64,000 nucleotides of DNA from a bacterium (lineage in GTDB: Bacteria > Patescibacteriota > Minisyncoccia > UBA6257 > GWB1-50-10), in assembly GCA_021791395.1 (NCBI GenBank), contig JAJYWR010000005.1, positions 21,259 through 85,258 on the forward strand, read 5' to 3'. The notes under the pieces were generated by a model. The model was given only the letters and a program-made list of their open reading frames with translations. It was not told the DNA's origin and did no database searches. Made by a program: the position numbers and the translations under genes. The first letter of the stretch is position 1. The number at the start of each line of letters is the position of its first letter. This document shows, one piece after another, positions 25,780 to 35,110 of this stretch.

Positions 25780-27044
25780 ACCTTCAATATATCAAGAAAG
25801 CTCCGTTTCTTGAAGGGACCGATGACGGCCAAGTTCAACCGATCATTCTTGATGATTTGTCCCATGACGCTCCGGATTTGGTCCGCTGTCACGGCATTAA
25901 TGCTTCTCGCCACCTCCTGGGGGGTTGAGAGCTTCAAGCCGAAGATCTCCTGGGCCGCATAAAAAGATGCCAACTCATCGGATCCTTCAAGCGCCATGAA
26001 AAGATTTCCAATGAGGTGCTCCTTGGCGCGCTTCAACTCTTGGACGCCCACCGACTCTTTCGCGATCCGACTGAATTCTTTGAGCGCCGCCTTCAATACC
26101 ATATCGATCTTTTCGTGCTCGACGCCAGCCGACATTTCGAGAAGGCCGTGATCGACATACAAATCCGCGTCGGTCCGCACATAGTACGCTGCACCGAGTT
26201 CCTCGCGCACTTTTTGGAACAAGCGTGAGCTCATTCCTCCGCCCATGATGTCGGCGGCGACTTGGAGGGGGTATCGCCGCTTGTCGAATACGTCGAACGC
26301 CCGAAATCCCACGATCAAGTGCGATTGATCGACGTCCTTGAACGAAACGAGTTCTTTCGGCTTCTTTTGCGATTCTTTCGTTTTTGGTTTTGCACCCTTC
26401 TTGCCGGCCGACAATTCTTTGAAATAACCCTCGGTCTTCTTCAACAAGTCGCGCGTCGCATGCCCGCCGGAAATCGTCACGATCGTCGATTGCGGTAGGT
26501 AGTGCCGTCCGCGATAATCAACGAAGTCGTCGCGCGTAAGTCGCCTGATGATCTCTTTTTTCCCGCCGATATCCCAACCGGCCGGCTGATCACCATACAC
26601 CAGATTCATAAAAAGCTCCGCAACCCGCCGCATCGGCGTGTCTTCATACATATTAAGTTCTTGAATGATGACACCACGCTCTTTTTCAATTTCCTGATGC
26701 TCGAACGTCGGATCTAAATACATGTCTGCGACAACATCCAAGATCTCCGCAGCGTTCTCGTTTTTCGCTTTCGCGTAGTAACTCGTTGATTCCTGCGACG
26801 TAAACGCATTGTATTGGGCTCCCAACCCATCGAGTTCGGCGGCGATATCCATGGCCGTCGGTCGCTTATGTGTTCCCTTAAAACACATATGCTCCAAGAA
26901 ATGTGAAAGGCCATTGATGTTCTTTGTTTCGTATTCCGATCCGGCTTCGACGGAAACCATGACGGTCGTCGTTAAGTTTTGCGATTCCGGTACCAGGATC
27001 ACCCGGAGACCGTTTTTTAGTCTGAATCGTTGCGGTTTTGTCAT
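25776..27044 (-). CDS. M16 (pitrilysin/insulinase) family zinc peptidase
   Basis: The inverted zinc motif is HFLEHMCFKGT. The ORF is trimmed to MTKPQRFRLKNGLRV. Confidence 0.85.
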   Translation of the reverse strand: MTKPQRFRLKNGLRVILVPESQNLTTTVMVSVEAGSEYETKNINGLSHFLEHMCFKGTHKRPTAMDIAAELDGLGAQYNAFTSQESTSYYAKAKNENAAEILDVVADMYLDPTFEHQEIEKERGVIIQELNMYEDTPMRRVAELFMNLVYGDQPAGWDIGGKKEIIRRLTRDDFVDYRGRHYLPQSTIVTISGGHATRDLLKKTEGYFKELSAGKKGAKPKTKESQKKPKELVSFKDVDQSHLIVGFRAFDVFDKRRYPLQVAADIMGGGMSSRLFQKVREELGAAYYVRTDADLYVDHGLLEMSAGVEHEKIDMVLKAALKEFSRIAKESVGVQELKRAKEHLIGNLFMALEGSDELASFYAAQEIFGLKLSTPQEVARSINAVTADQIRSVMGQIIKNDRLNLAVIGPFKKRSFLDILKV

Positions 27045-27062
27045 TTGTTCATTATAACCGCT

Positions 27063-27099
27063 TAAAAAAGAAAACGACAGGCTATTCACCTGTCGTTTT
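27063..27099 (-). terminator. intrinsic terminator after the 27119..28033 gene
   Basis: The stem is AAAACGACAGG paired with CCTGTCGTTTT, with loop CTATTCA. On the minus strand it is followed by CTTTTTTA. Confidence 0.7.
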
Positions 27100-27118
27100 C
27101 GATCGGATGGCCGCCGAT

Positions 27119-28033
27119 TTATTGGAGCATGAACGGACCGCTCACGGCCGGTGTCCCACCCTTGCCGTCGATACCGATGGATATCTTATAATTTCCGTTC
27201 GATATAGACGGATCATATTTCCACGCATAGCTCCCCATATCGGGCAGGTTATTCGTGATAACCTTCACGATATTTCCCCGAGGATCCAGTAAAGTGATGC
27301 CGACTGTTTGGCCCGATACGCCCTTATCCTTCCACTGGATGTTCATAATTACATCCTTCCCGTCATTAGACCACACGCTGCCCGCCTGCGGACTAGTAAT
27401 AACGATTGGAGAAGCCGCGGAAGCTACCCCAACATCAATTCCCTCCTTATCGCTCCCCAGAACATTTCCAGTTGAGTTATAAGCAGTAAGACTCAGAGTT
27501 ACTGTCGCGGGCACATCCGAGTTGTTTATGACCGGTATGGTTAACGCAAGGTAGTCCAGCGTTGGATCATATAAGTCAATTGTATCGAACCTCAACGTCG
27601 TCCCGCAGATATTCTCGCCGTTTTTGCCAGACACCGTTACCCCATTGGGGCAACCAATGGAGAGATCCCAGTAAGAGATTGCTTTATTCTGGGGATATCC
27701 AGCAATAGAAACATTCGCGAAGGCGCCGTTTGAAGATTGGCCCTGAATATTTATTTTGAGAGTCACCGGAACCTGAGTCAATGGAGACGTTGAGGTAACC
27801 GAAACCGAAACTGAAGGATTTGTTTGATTTAATCCGCTTGTGGTACTTCCTTCTAGGGTAAGTTGAACCTTTGCTATCGTACCAGCGTCCGCGCCGAACG
27901 CCTGCAGGAGATTTACAATCGCCTGGACCTGCGACGAAGTGAGGCCACTTGCATACGCCTTAGCGCCCATAAAAGCGACCCCGAGAATCATAACGAACGA
28001 AAAAACTGCAATGACGAGCTTGTTGTGCTTCAT
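27119..28033 (-). CDS. hypothetical secreted protein
   Basis: It has a signal peptide (MKHNKLVIAVFSFVMILGVAFMGAKAYA) and no recognisable catalytic motif. Confidence 0.5.
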   Translation of the reverse strand: MKHNKLVIAVFSFVMILGVAFMGAKAYASGLTSSQVQAIVNLLQAFGADAGTIAKVQLTLEGSTTSGLNQTNPSVSVSVTSTSPLTQVPVTLKINIQGQSSNGAFANVSIAGYPQNKAISYWDLSIGCPNGVTVSGKNGENICGTTLRFDTIDLYDPTLDYLALTIPVINNSDVPATVTLSLTAYNSTGNVLGSDKEGIDVGVASAASPIVITSPQAGSVWSNDGKDVIMNIQWKDKGVSGQTVGITLLDPRGNIVKVITNNLPDMGSYAWKYDPSISNGNYKISIGIDGKGGTPAVSGPFMLQ

Positions 28034-28080
28034 ATTTTTTATTTTTAATGTTTTTACCTTTTAACTACCCCCGACCTTTC

Positions 28081-29391
28081 TTAGGATTGTTTCAAACGCT
28101 CTTCCAAATGTGTTCCCAACTCTCCGATCTTCACCCGTTCCTGTTTCATGGTGTCGCGATCGCGGACGGTTACGTCATCGTGCTCCAAGCTATCGAAGTC
28201 GACGGTGACACAGAAGGGCGTTCCCGCTTCGTCCTGCGCGCGGTATCGCTTGCCGATATTTCCCCGGTCGTCCCACGCGACCATCATGTTTTTTTTCAAA
28301 TCGTCGTAGATCTTCTTCGCGGTCTTCACGAGTTCCGGCTTATTCGCGAGAAGCGGAAAGACCGCGACTTTGTACGGCGCGAGGCGCGGATGCAAGCGGA
28401 GCACCGTCCTTATCTCACCATCTTTCACTTTCTCCTCTTTATAGGCGTTCATCAGGAAGAAAAGCGTTGCCCGATCCACACCACCGGACGTTTCAATGAT
28501 ATGCGGGAGGAATTTTTCTTTCGTTTCTTCGTCAAAGTACGTCATGTCCTCGCCCGAAAATTCCTGGTGCCTTCGCACATCCCAGTCGCCCCGGTGATGA
28601 ACACCCTCCATCTCTTTCCATTCGCCTTCCGCATTGTATTCAATATCGAACGCTGCCTTCGCATAGTGGGCTAGCTCGTCCTTTGCGTGCTCCTTGAACC
28701 GCAAATTTTCTTTTTTCATGCCGAGTGAGACATACCAGCCCATCCGCTCTTTCTTCCAATATTCAAATTGCTCCATCGATTCCTTCAGGTCGGGCTTTAC
28801 GTAATACTGGAGCTCCATCTGCTCGAATTCACGCGACCGGAAGGTGAAACCACCCGGCGTAATTTCATTCCGGAAGGCTTTGCCGATTTGCGCCACGCCA
28901 AACGGAATTTTGACGCGCGTCGAACTCAAGATATTTTTGAAATTGACGTGGACGCCTTGCGTGATCTCGCCCCGCAAATACGTTTTGAGTTTTTCTCCTT
29001 CGATGACCCCGAGGTAGGTTTCCACCATCAAGTTGAACTGCTTCGGCTCCGTGAGATCGCCGCCGCAATCCGGGCATTTCTTTTCCGTCAACTGATCAGC
29101 CCTGAATCGGTGGTGGCACTTTTTGCATTCGACGAGCGGATCGGAAAACGATGTCAAGTGTCCCGAAGCTTCCCACACCTTCGGATTCATAATGATCGCG
29201 GCATCCAATCCCGCAACGTCACTCCGTTCCTGAACCATCGACTTCCAAAATTCGTTCTTGATGTTGCGTTTCAGCTCCACCCCGAGAGGACCGTAATCCC
29301 AGGTACCCGCAAGGCCGCCGTAGATCTCGCTCCCGGGAAAAATGAATCCGCGCCGCTTCGCTAAGCTCGTTATTTTTTCCCACATATCCAT
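28081..29391 (-). CDS. glyQS: glycine--tRNA ligase (homodimeric GlyQS type)
   Basis: The N-terminus RRGFIFPGSEIYGGLAGTWDYGPLGVELKRNI is typical of class II GlyRS. Confidence 0.95.
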   Translation of the reverse strand: MDMWEKITSLAKRRGFIFPGSEIYGGLAGTWDYGPLGVELKRNIKNEFWKSMVQERSDVAGLDAAIIMNPKVWEASGHLTSFSDPLVECKKCHHRFRADQLTEKKCPDCGGDLTEPKQFNLMVETYLGVIEGEKLKTYLRGEITQGVHVNFKNILSSTRVKIPFGVAQIGKAFRNEITPGGFTFRSREFEQMELQYYVKPDLKESMEQFEYWKKERMGWYVSLGMKKENLRFKEHAKDELAHYAKAAFDIEYNAEGEWKEMEGVHHRGDWDVRRHQEFSGEDMTYFDEETKEKFLPHIIETSGGVDRATLFFLMNAYKEEKVKDGEIRTVLRLHPRLAPYKVAVFPLLANKPELVKTAKKIYDDLKKNMMVAWDDRGNIGKRYRAQDEAGTPFCVTVDFDSLEHDDVTVRDRDTMKQERVKIGELGTHLEERLKQS

Positions 29392-29454
29392 GTACCTTAT
29401 AGTATCTTAAAAATTTTCCGCTTTCCAGATTCCTAAACCTTCTTCATTTCCCGG

Positions 29455-29563
29455 ATCAAACCGTCTCGCAGGATGAGCGGGCATGGTTTTTGCGGAGCGA
29501 AAGAGCAAATCCGAGAGCGAGCGGCCAAACCACGCCGGGGTTCGGCATAGCGTGTTTGAGAAG
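29455..29563. repeat. GC-rich intergenic repeat, family 1 (short copy)
   Basis: Its left arm matches 58080..58112 at 28/33 positions. Its right arm aligns to part of 58267..58327 and contains a hairpin with compensatory changes. Confidence 0.8.
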
Positions 29564-29579
29564 AAAAATAAAGAAAGTC

Positions 29580-31373
29580 CTACTGGGTAACGACGCCAGA
29601 ACCCGGTGCAACGCTCGAATCGTCCGGCAACGCCGTCGTCACCGGCCCCGCGGAGATATTTACGGCTGCTCCCGTGAAATTATCCGTCGCTTGAAGATTA
29701 CTCGTGTTCAGAAGATCTTCATACGAACCAATAAAATCTGAGGCCGGTGTTGCCGAAACTTGGAACACAGCCTCGGCCGGACCACCGAGGAATCCGCTCC
29801 CAGCAAAGACGTTCCCAATGCTCCACACCATGCTCTCGGTCGATGTGTCGTACGAAATCGAGGATGATGCAACCGTCGTCGTCGCAAAACCAGTCCAGAT
29901 AACGCCCGTCGGAAGCGGAGCTGACACGACGACATTACTCAAGTCGTTCCCGAAATCGCTTATCCGCCAGTGAATCGAGTATTCGGTGGCGCTCCCGACG
30001 CGGGGCGGAAAGGGACCTGAGTTTTGTACGGCGGACGAAGGATCGTTTGTATACCCTTTTGCGCTGAAATAAACCAAGCTTGAAATCTTCGTTTCTTCCG
30101 TCGTCTCGGCGAACGTTTGATTGCCAGACACATAGTACGGCACCGACGGCGAAGAGAGTGTAACATCCGCCTTGACGTACAAATTCTTATTCGAAAGCCC
30201 CTGCAAGGAAACGGGCGCGGAGAGCGTCGTCGAAAGCGTAAGATTCAAATTCCCGACCGTGCCAGGTTCAACGAACGCCAAGGCGGGCGTCGTCGACGAA
30301 TTCCACGTTACGGTTCTCGTCGAAGGATTAAATATGCCGTCCGTTTTTACACTCGACCAGTCGGCAAAACCGGAAAGGATCGCCTTTACAACGACATCTT
30401 TCAAGGCGATTCCGCTTTGATTGTTGTATTGGATCGAATAGTTCAATGTATCCACCGGCTTTGCGACGTAGTTATTCGATCCGTTTACAGTGACGCTTAC
30501 GCCAATCGGCGATGGCGAAAGAGAAAACGTGGCTTGGTAGTCGGCAATGTCATAGTTTTGGCCGTTCAAAACGGCATAGAGCTTCAAGGGTATCGTAAAC
30601 GATGAGGCGCTTGAATCGGTGAATATCCCCTTGATGGTTACGGTGCCGGTCGCGTTCGCCGCAGCCGAACCGAGCGCGAAGGTATCGGCAAGAGTCGCAG
30701 CTGGAGCACTCGCTGATTCGAATTGGAACGAGTTGGGGAAATCCGCCTCGAGGATCATCGCGGGAAAATTGAACTGAGAACTGTTCGCGTAGTTGACGCT
30801 AAAAGAAAGTGCTGAGCCGTTCAATATTTGATCCGGCTTCGTGATACTCATGGTTACGGCGGAGTTGGACAAGAGAACCTTCACTTCTTGTTTTACTTCA
30901 AAACGGCTCCCCGTTTGATTGAAATAGAAGAACGAAACGTCCAGTGTCTGACTGGAATTCAAATCGCCGACCGGGATCACTTGATAGTTCTTTTTCACGA
31001 GATCTCCCACTCCCACGTCGCCCGTATTTTCCGAGTAAACGCTCCCACTCGTCGTCGAATTCCAAATCAGGAGTCCATTGGAAAGCGTTACGGCAATCGA
31101 CGAGTTCCTGATCGGATTGCCAGACACATTCATTATGTTGAGATCCAGCTCGAAAGGAACTCCCCGCGAGACATCGGTCGGCGCCGTAACTTCCAAATCG
31201 ACCCCCTTCGGCTGATTTAGATAGTATGCAATGAATGCAACGCCGGCGATGATGACGGCGAGGCCGACAAAGATCAGTCCCCAAAGAATCTTGGGAACCC
31301 AAGCTGAAACCGTCCTCTTAGTAGAGGACTTCCTGAACTTCTTCAACCTTTTTTCTATATCGGAGATTGCCAT
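29580..31373 (-). CDS. hypothetical large membrane-anchored surface protein
   Basis: It has an N-terminal TM helix followed by a ~540-aa Ser/Thr/Asn-rich region that looks beta-rich. No motif was recognised. Confidence 0.5.
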   Translation of the reverse strand: MAISDIEKRLKKFRKSSTKRTVSAWVPKILWGLIFVGLAVIIAGVAFIAYYLNQPKGVDLEVTAPTDVSRGVPFELDLNIMNVSGNPIRNSSIAVTLSNGLLIWNSTTSGSVYSENTGDVGVGDLVKKNYQVIPVGDLNSSQTLDVSFFYFNQTGSRFEVKQEVKVLLSNSAVTMSITKPDQILNGSALSFSVNYANSSQFNFPAMILEADFPNSFQFESASAPAATLADTFALGSAAANATGTVTIKGIFTDSSASSFTIPLKLYAVLNGQNYDIADYQATFSLSPSPIGVSVTVNGSNNYVAKPVDTLNYSIQYNNQSGIALKDVVVKAILSGFADWSSVKTDGIFNPSTRTVTWNSSTTPALAFVEPGTVGNLNLTLSTTLSAPVSLQGLSNKNLYVKADVTLSSPSVPYYVSGNQTFAETTEETKISSLVYFSAKGYTNDPSSAVQNSGPFPPRVGSATEYSIHWRISDFGNDLSNVVVSAPLPTGVIWTGFATTTVASSSISYDTSTESMVWSIGNVFAGSGFLGGPAEAVFQVSATPASDFIGSYEDLLNTSNLQATDNFTGAAVNISAGPVTTALPDDSSVAPGSGVVTQ

Positions 31374-31386
31374 ACAAGTGCGGTGG

Positions 31387-31923
31387 TCACTTCAAATATA
31401 GTAAATTATTTTCGTTTATTTTTGAACCACAGAATTCGCACAGAAATTCCTGGCTCCCCTCATTGAAGAACGCGATGTCCGATGCGCCGCACCAAGTGCA
31501 CGACGCATGACGTGGATCGTATCCCAAAACGGAGATGAGGGCAACGAAATTAAAGGCCCCGGATTGGAGCGAATAAATAAGAAAATCCCATAGCGCGGGA
31601 TCGGGAACCGCTTCTGGGGAAATCACCCGAAGGACGTTCGCCGCCCGCAAAGCCCTTGCAAAAAATCCCTCCTTCTCCCTCGAAACCTTAAAGTCATCTT
31701 CCACGACCGCGTCAGTCAGGGTAAGTGCATTCTTTTCCACAATCTTCACCGTCGCGAGATTACAAATATCCAAATGAGGGGAAAGTTTTGAAACAATTTT
31801 TCTCCCCCCCGGCGCTCTCACGCGGATTCTGCCGAGATCTTCCGTATAGAAATCGAAGATTTTGTCGTGTTCCTTGCTGTCTTTGAAACCGAGGACGATA
31901 GCCCTCGTGACATATTCGGACAT
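31387..31923 (-). CDS. recO: DNA repair protein RecO (short form)
   Basis: It has an N-terminal OB-fold pattern (RAIVLGFKDSKEHDKIFDFYTEDLGRIRVRA) and a C-terminal CxxC...CxxC zinc motif. Confidence 0.75.
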   Translation of the reverse strand: MSEYVTRAIVLGFKDSKEHDKIFDFYTEDLGRIRVRAPGGRKIVSKLSPHLDICNLATVKIVEKNALTLTDAVVEDDFKVSREKEGFFARALRAANVLRVISPEAVPDPALWDFLIYSLQSGAFNFVALISVLGYDPRHASCTWCGASDIAFFNEGSQEFLCEFCGSKINENNLLYLK

Positions 31924-31934
31924 AAATTTAGTTT

Positions 31935-31976
31935 AAAATGCAAAACCCAAATATTAAAACTGAAACGTAAAACCTT
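31935..31976. repeat. 7-nt-periodic A-tract array (6 units) in the recO upstream intergenic region
   Basis: The units are AAAATGC AAAACCC AAATATT AAAACTG AAACGTA AAACCTT. Confidence 0.8.
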
Positions 31977-32021
31977 TTAGCTTTAAACTTCACTTTTACG
32001 CTTTGGAATCTAAATTTTGCA

Positions 32022-33488
32022 TTATCTTTTGGGGGTTCGCCAGTATCCGAGACGTGCACGCCCGCCGATCATAAGCCTCGTTTGAGCATCAAGCGCCGGG
32101 ATGGCCCCGAAGAAAATAAAGACGAGCGGCATGAGCGCCCACTCGACGAAGTAATAAAAATAATATCTTTTCTTGAAACCTTTGATCCGGGGTGCCATGA
32201 GGATAAGACTCAAGACGGCCGAGACGATGATGCCAATCGTCGAAAGATTCAAAATGACGCCCGTCATCCGCGGCAGGTTATACGACAAGATTGAGCTTTT
32301 GAAATTTTCGTTTCCGAGGATATTCGGAAGGATACCGAACAAAAAAATGATGAACGAGCTCGTCGACCATGAAAAGAAGCCGTCAAATTCTGTCCACAGC
32401 CAAAATCGTCTGATCCTCTTCGGAATACCGCTTTCTTTTTTCGAATCTCTTGCAAGATATACGAAGTTTTCCGCCCCCCACGCCCACCGGCGCTGCTGCT
32501 TGTAAAGGTTCTTCATGGCCTCGAAGAAATTCTTTCCGACCACCGCATCCATGTATACCGGGTAGAAAAGAGGGACCGTCCGCCAATCGCCCTTGTAGCG
32601 CGCCAAGCATTGGAAGAATATCCGCGCATCCTCTGAAACGAGGTTGGTTTCCCAAAAACCCACATCGACGAGTGCTTTCAAAGGAAGGCTGTGCGAAGAG
32701 AAAGTGACCAACTGCTCGGGGCGCGAGGATTGCATTAAGTGCCAAAAGCTCGACGAAAACCCGACGAGTCGCGCGAAAAATTTTGCATCTCCGAGATTGT
32801 TTGTAAAAAGCGGAATGGGTTGGTAACTCGATCGGAGAGGGTTGGGTGCTTTGAGAAAATGGTATGCCAAAATGCCAAAGTAATCACTCTCCGTTCTCGT
32901 GTCACTGTCGAAAACGGAAACCAGAACATTTTCATACGGGATATGTCGCTCGTCGACGAGGACGGGTAAGGCATGTTTAATGGCCCACGTTTCATTGGAC
33001 CCTTTTCCCGGCAACTCACCGGGCAAACCGGCCGGGTGGAATGTCGTGGCAAATCCACCGAATACCGATCCGAACTTTTTTTCTATCTTTTCCGCCGTCT
33101 CGCGATCTGCTTCTCCTCCCCGCTCTTCGCAGGCGAGAAGAACGAATATCTTTTCCTTCGGATAATTCGCCTCGACTAAACTCTCCAGGCTTTGATCGAC
33201 GACGCCGTACGGCTCTTTGTACATCGGCAGTATGACGAGGTGGCGAATTTTTTCCCAATCCAGCTTTTCCGCCTTCAATTTTTCGAGCCAGTCAATGCGG
33301 AGATTTTTTCTCATGCGAGAGAGGGCAAATCTGAGATGCAAGAACAAATAAAAAAGCTTGAGGAGCCAGTAAAGATCGTAGAGTAAGATGAAAATAACGA
33401 CCACTTGGGGCAATTTCCAGGAGAGAAACGTAAGGCCAAGGAGAGTAACCCAAGCAGCCATGCCGGGGATTATTTCATACACCCGCAT
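32022..33488 (-). CDS. family 2 glycosyltransferase, processive (cellulose/chitin-synthase-like) membrane enzyme
   Basis: It has multiple TM helices, a DSD motif (VSVFDSDT) and a QxxRW motif (KQQRRWAWG). Confidence 0.8.
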   Translation of the reverse strand: MRVYEIIPGMAAWVTLLGLTFLSWKLPQVVVIFILLYDLYWLLKLFYLFLHLRFALSRMRKNLRIDWLEKLKAEKLDWEKIRHLVILPMYKEPYGVVDQSLESLVEANYPKEKIFVLLACEERGGEADRETAEKIEKKFGSVFGGFATTFHPAGLPGELPGKGSNETWAIKHALPVLVDERHIPYENVLVSVFDSDTRTESDYFGILAYHFLKAPNPLRSSYQPIPLFTNNLGDAKFFARLVGFSSSFWHLMQSSRPEQLVTFSSHSLPLKALVDVGFWETNLVSEDARIFFQCLARYKGDWRTVPLFYPVYMDAVVGKNFFEAMKNLYKQQRRWAWGAENFVYLARDSKKESGIPKRIRRFWLWTEFDGFFSWSTSSFIIFLFGILPNILGNENFKSSILSYNLPRMTGVILNLSTIGIIVSAVLSLILMAPRIKGFKKRYYFYYFVEWALMPLVFIFFGAIPALDAQTRLMIGGRARLGYWRTPKR

Positions 33489-33493
33489 AAAGA

Positions 33494-33898
33494 TTAATAA
33501 ATAAGAATACCGAGCAAGCGATCGATGCTGAGGGACCCGCCGCCAAGAAGTACGAGAAGCACGACCGATGCGAGGATTAAAAGATCGAATTCGTAACCGC
33601 CGACGAAACCGCTTTTCCGCTTCACGGCCGCAAGAATCACAATGAATTCAATGACGAAGAATGCTGCAATGATTTGAGTGAAAAACCCCGCAAAGAGTGC
33701 CAAGCCGCCGACGACCTCGAGAATCGCAATGAGCGTCCCCCACCAGCGCCCCGGCTTGAACCCCATGCCCGCGAAGCTCTCGCCCGTCGCCTTCAGATCC
33801 TTCATTTTGAGCAAACCGTGACGAATGAAGATAAGCCCCAAAACCACCCTCAAGAACAAGATCCCCCAATCACCCCAAATCAACAACAGTTGAATCAT
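33494..33898 (-). CDS. DoxX family membrane protein
   Basis: It has four TM helices and the segment LRVVLGLIFIRHGLLK. Confidence 0.75.
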   Translation of the reverse strand: MIQLLLIWGDWGILFLRVVLGLIFIRHGLLKMKDLKATGESFAGMGFKPGRWWGTLIAILEVVGGLALFAGFFTQIIAAFFVIEFIVILAAVKRKSGFVGGYEFDLLILASVVLLVLLGGGSLSIDRLLGILIY

Positions 33899-33966
33899 AG
33901 GGACAGTATACCCCTCCCCTTGAGCGATTTCCAGTTCCTTGATACCTTCTATACTACTGGCTTGCT

Positions 33967-35073
33967 ATGAAAATTCTATCGATAGAAACAAGCTGCGATG
34001 AGACGTCAATCGCCTCAGTGGAAGCTTCCGGCGGCATCAGAGCTCCCCGCTTTAAGGTGTTGCAGAACATCGTTTCGTCGCAAATAGCGCTTCACGCCCC
34101 TTTCGGCGGCGTGGTTCCCAACATTGCCAAGCGAGAGCACCTCAAAAATCTACCCATCATCTTTAGGCAAATTTTTGTAAATCCTAAATCAAAAATCCTC
34201 AATCCTAAACAAACACAAAATACTGAGTACAAAATACTAAGCACAAAAGTGGACGTGGTAGCAGTAACAGTGGGTCCGGGTCTTGAGCCGGCTCTTTGGA
34301 CCGGCGTCAATTTTGCAAAGGAAATCCATAAAAACCATTTCCCAAAAGCGAAGCTCATCGGTGTGAACCACATGGAGGGACACCTTTACAGCTTTCTATT
34401 GCCACAGAAAACTCAATTTCCAATTTCCAATTCTCAATTTTCAAAAACGAAAATTTTTCCGGCAGTCGGCCTCGTGGTCTCCGGGGGGCATACCATACTT
34501 CTCCTCATGAAATCCCTCACGGAGTGGAAAAAACTCGGCGAAACACGGGATGATGCCGTTGGAGAAGCATTCGATAAAGTGGCGCGAATGCTCGGTCTCC
34601 CCTATCCCGGCGGACCCGAGATCCAAAGAGCGGCCGCTCCCGGAGACCCGTCATCCGTGAATTTCCCCCGCCCGATGATGAAAGATAAAAACTATGACTT
34701 CAGCTTCTCTGGTCTCAAAACATCAGTACTCTACTATATAAGAGACCACAAAGAGCAATCAAAGAATAAAAATTTCATCGAGGACGTTGCAGCGAGCTTC
34801 CAGGCGGCGGCTGTTGAAACGCTCGTTTATAAAACGGCGCGCGCCGTGCAAGAATTCAAGGCAAAATCTATCATCCTTGCCGGCGGCGTAGCCGCAAACC
34901 AATCGCTCCGTGAGACGCTGGTAAAAACAAGCAAGGAGCTCGGCGTACACTTTTTTGCGCCGCCTATGGCATACAACACCGACAATGCCGCAATGATCGC
35001 CGCCGCCGCATATATTCAAACACTCAAGAAAAAGAACCGCCGTATCACGGCCCAAGCGAATTTGAATCTTTGA
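33967..35073 (+). CDS. tsaD: tRNA N6-adenosine threonylcarbamoyltransferase
   Basis: It carries ILSIETSCDETS, GGVVPNIAKREH, VTVGPGLEPAL, HMEGH and VVSGGHT. It also contains two AT-rich low-complexity inserts. Confidence 0.9.
   Translation: MKILSIETSCDETSIASVEASGGIRAPRFKVLQNIVSSQIALHAPFGGVVPNIAKREHLKNLPIIFRQIFVNPKSKILNPKQTQNTEYKILSTKVDVVAVTVGPGLEPALWTGVNFAKEIHKNHFPKAKLIGVNHMEGHLYSFLLPQKTQFPISNSQFSKTKIFPAVGLVVSGGHTILLLMKSLTEWKKLGETRDDAVGEAFDKVARMLGLPYPGGPEIQRAAAPGDPSSVNFPRPMMKDKNYDFSFSGLKTSVLYYIRDHKEQSKNKNFIEDVAASFQAAAVETLVYKTARAVQEFKAKSIILAGGVAANQSLRETLVKTSKELGVHFFAPPMAYNTDNAAMIAAAAYIQTLKKKNRRITAQANLNL
34178..34248 (+). repeat. in-frame AT-rich module pair inside tsaD (AAATCC-type heptamers, then an AAACAC..AAAATAC module)
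   Basis: The sequence is TAAATCC TAAATCA AAAATCC TCAATCC TAAACAA, then ACACAAAATACTGAGTACAAAATACTAAGCAC. It is translated as VNPKSKILNPKQTQNTEYKILSTK. Confidence 0.9.
34414..34455 (+). repeat. in-frame heptamer array (CAATTTC-type, 6 units) inside tsaD
   Basis: The units are CAATTTC CAATTTC CAATTCT CAATTTT CAAAAAC GAAAATT, translated as QFPISNSQFSKTKIF. Confidence 0.9.
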
Positions 35074-35110
35074 CCTGAAAAGCTTTATTTTAAGGGGAAA
35101 ATCGGCCATA

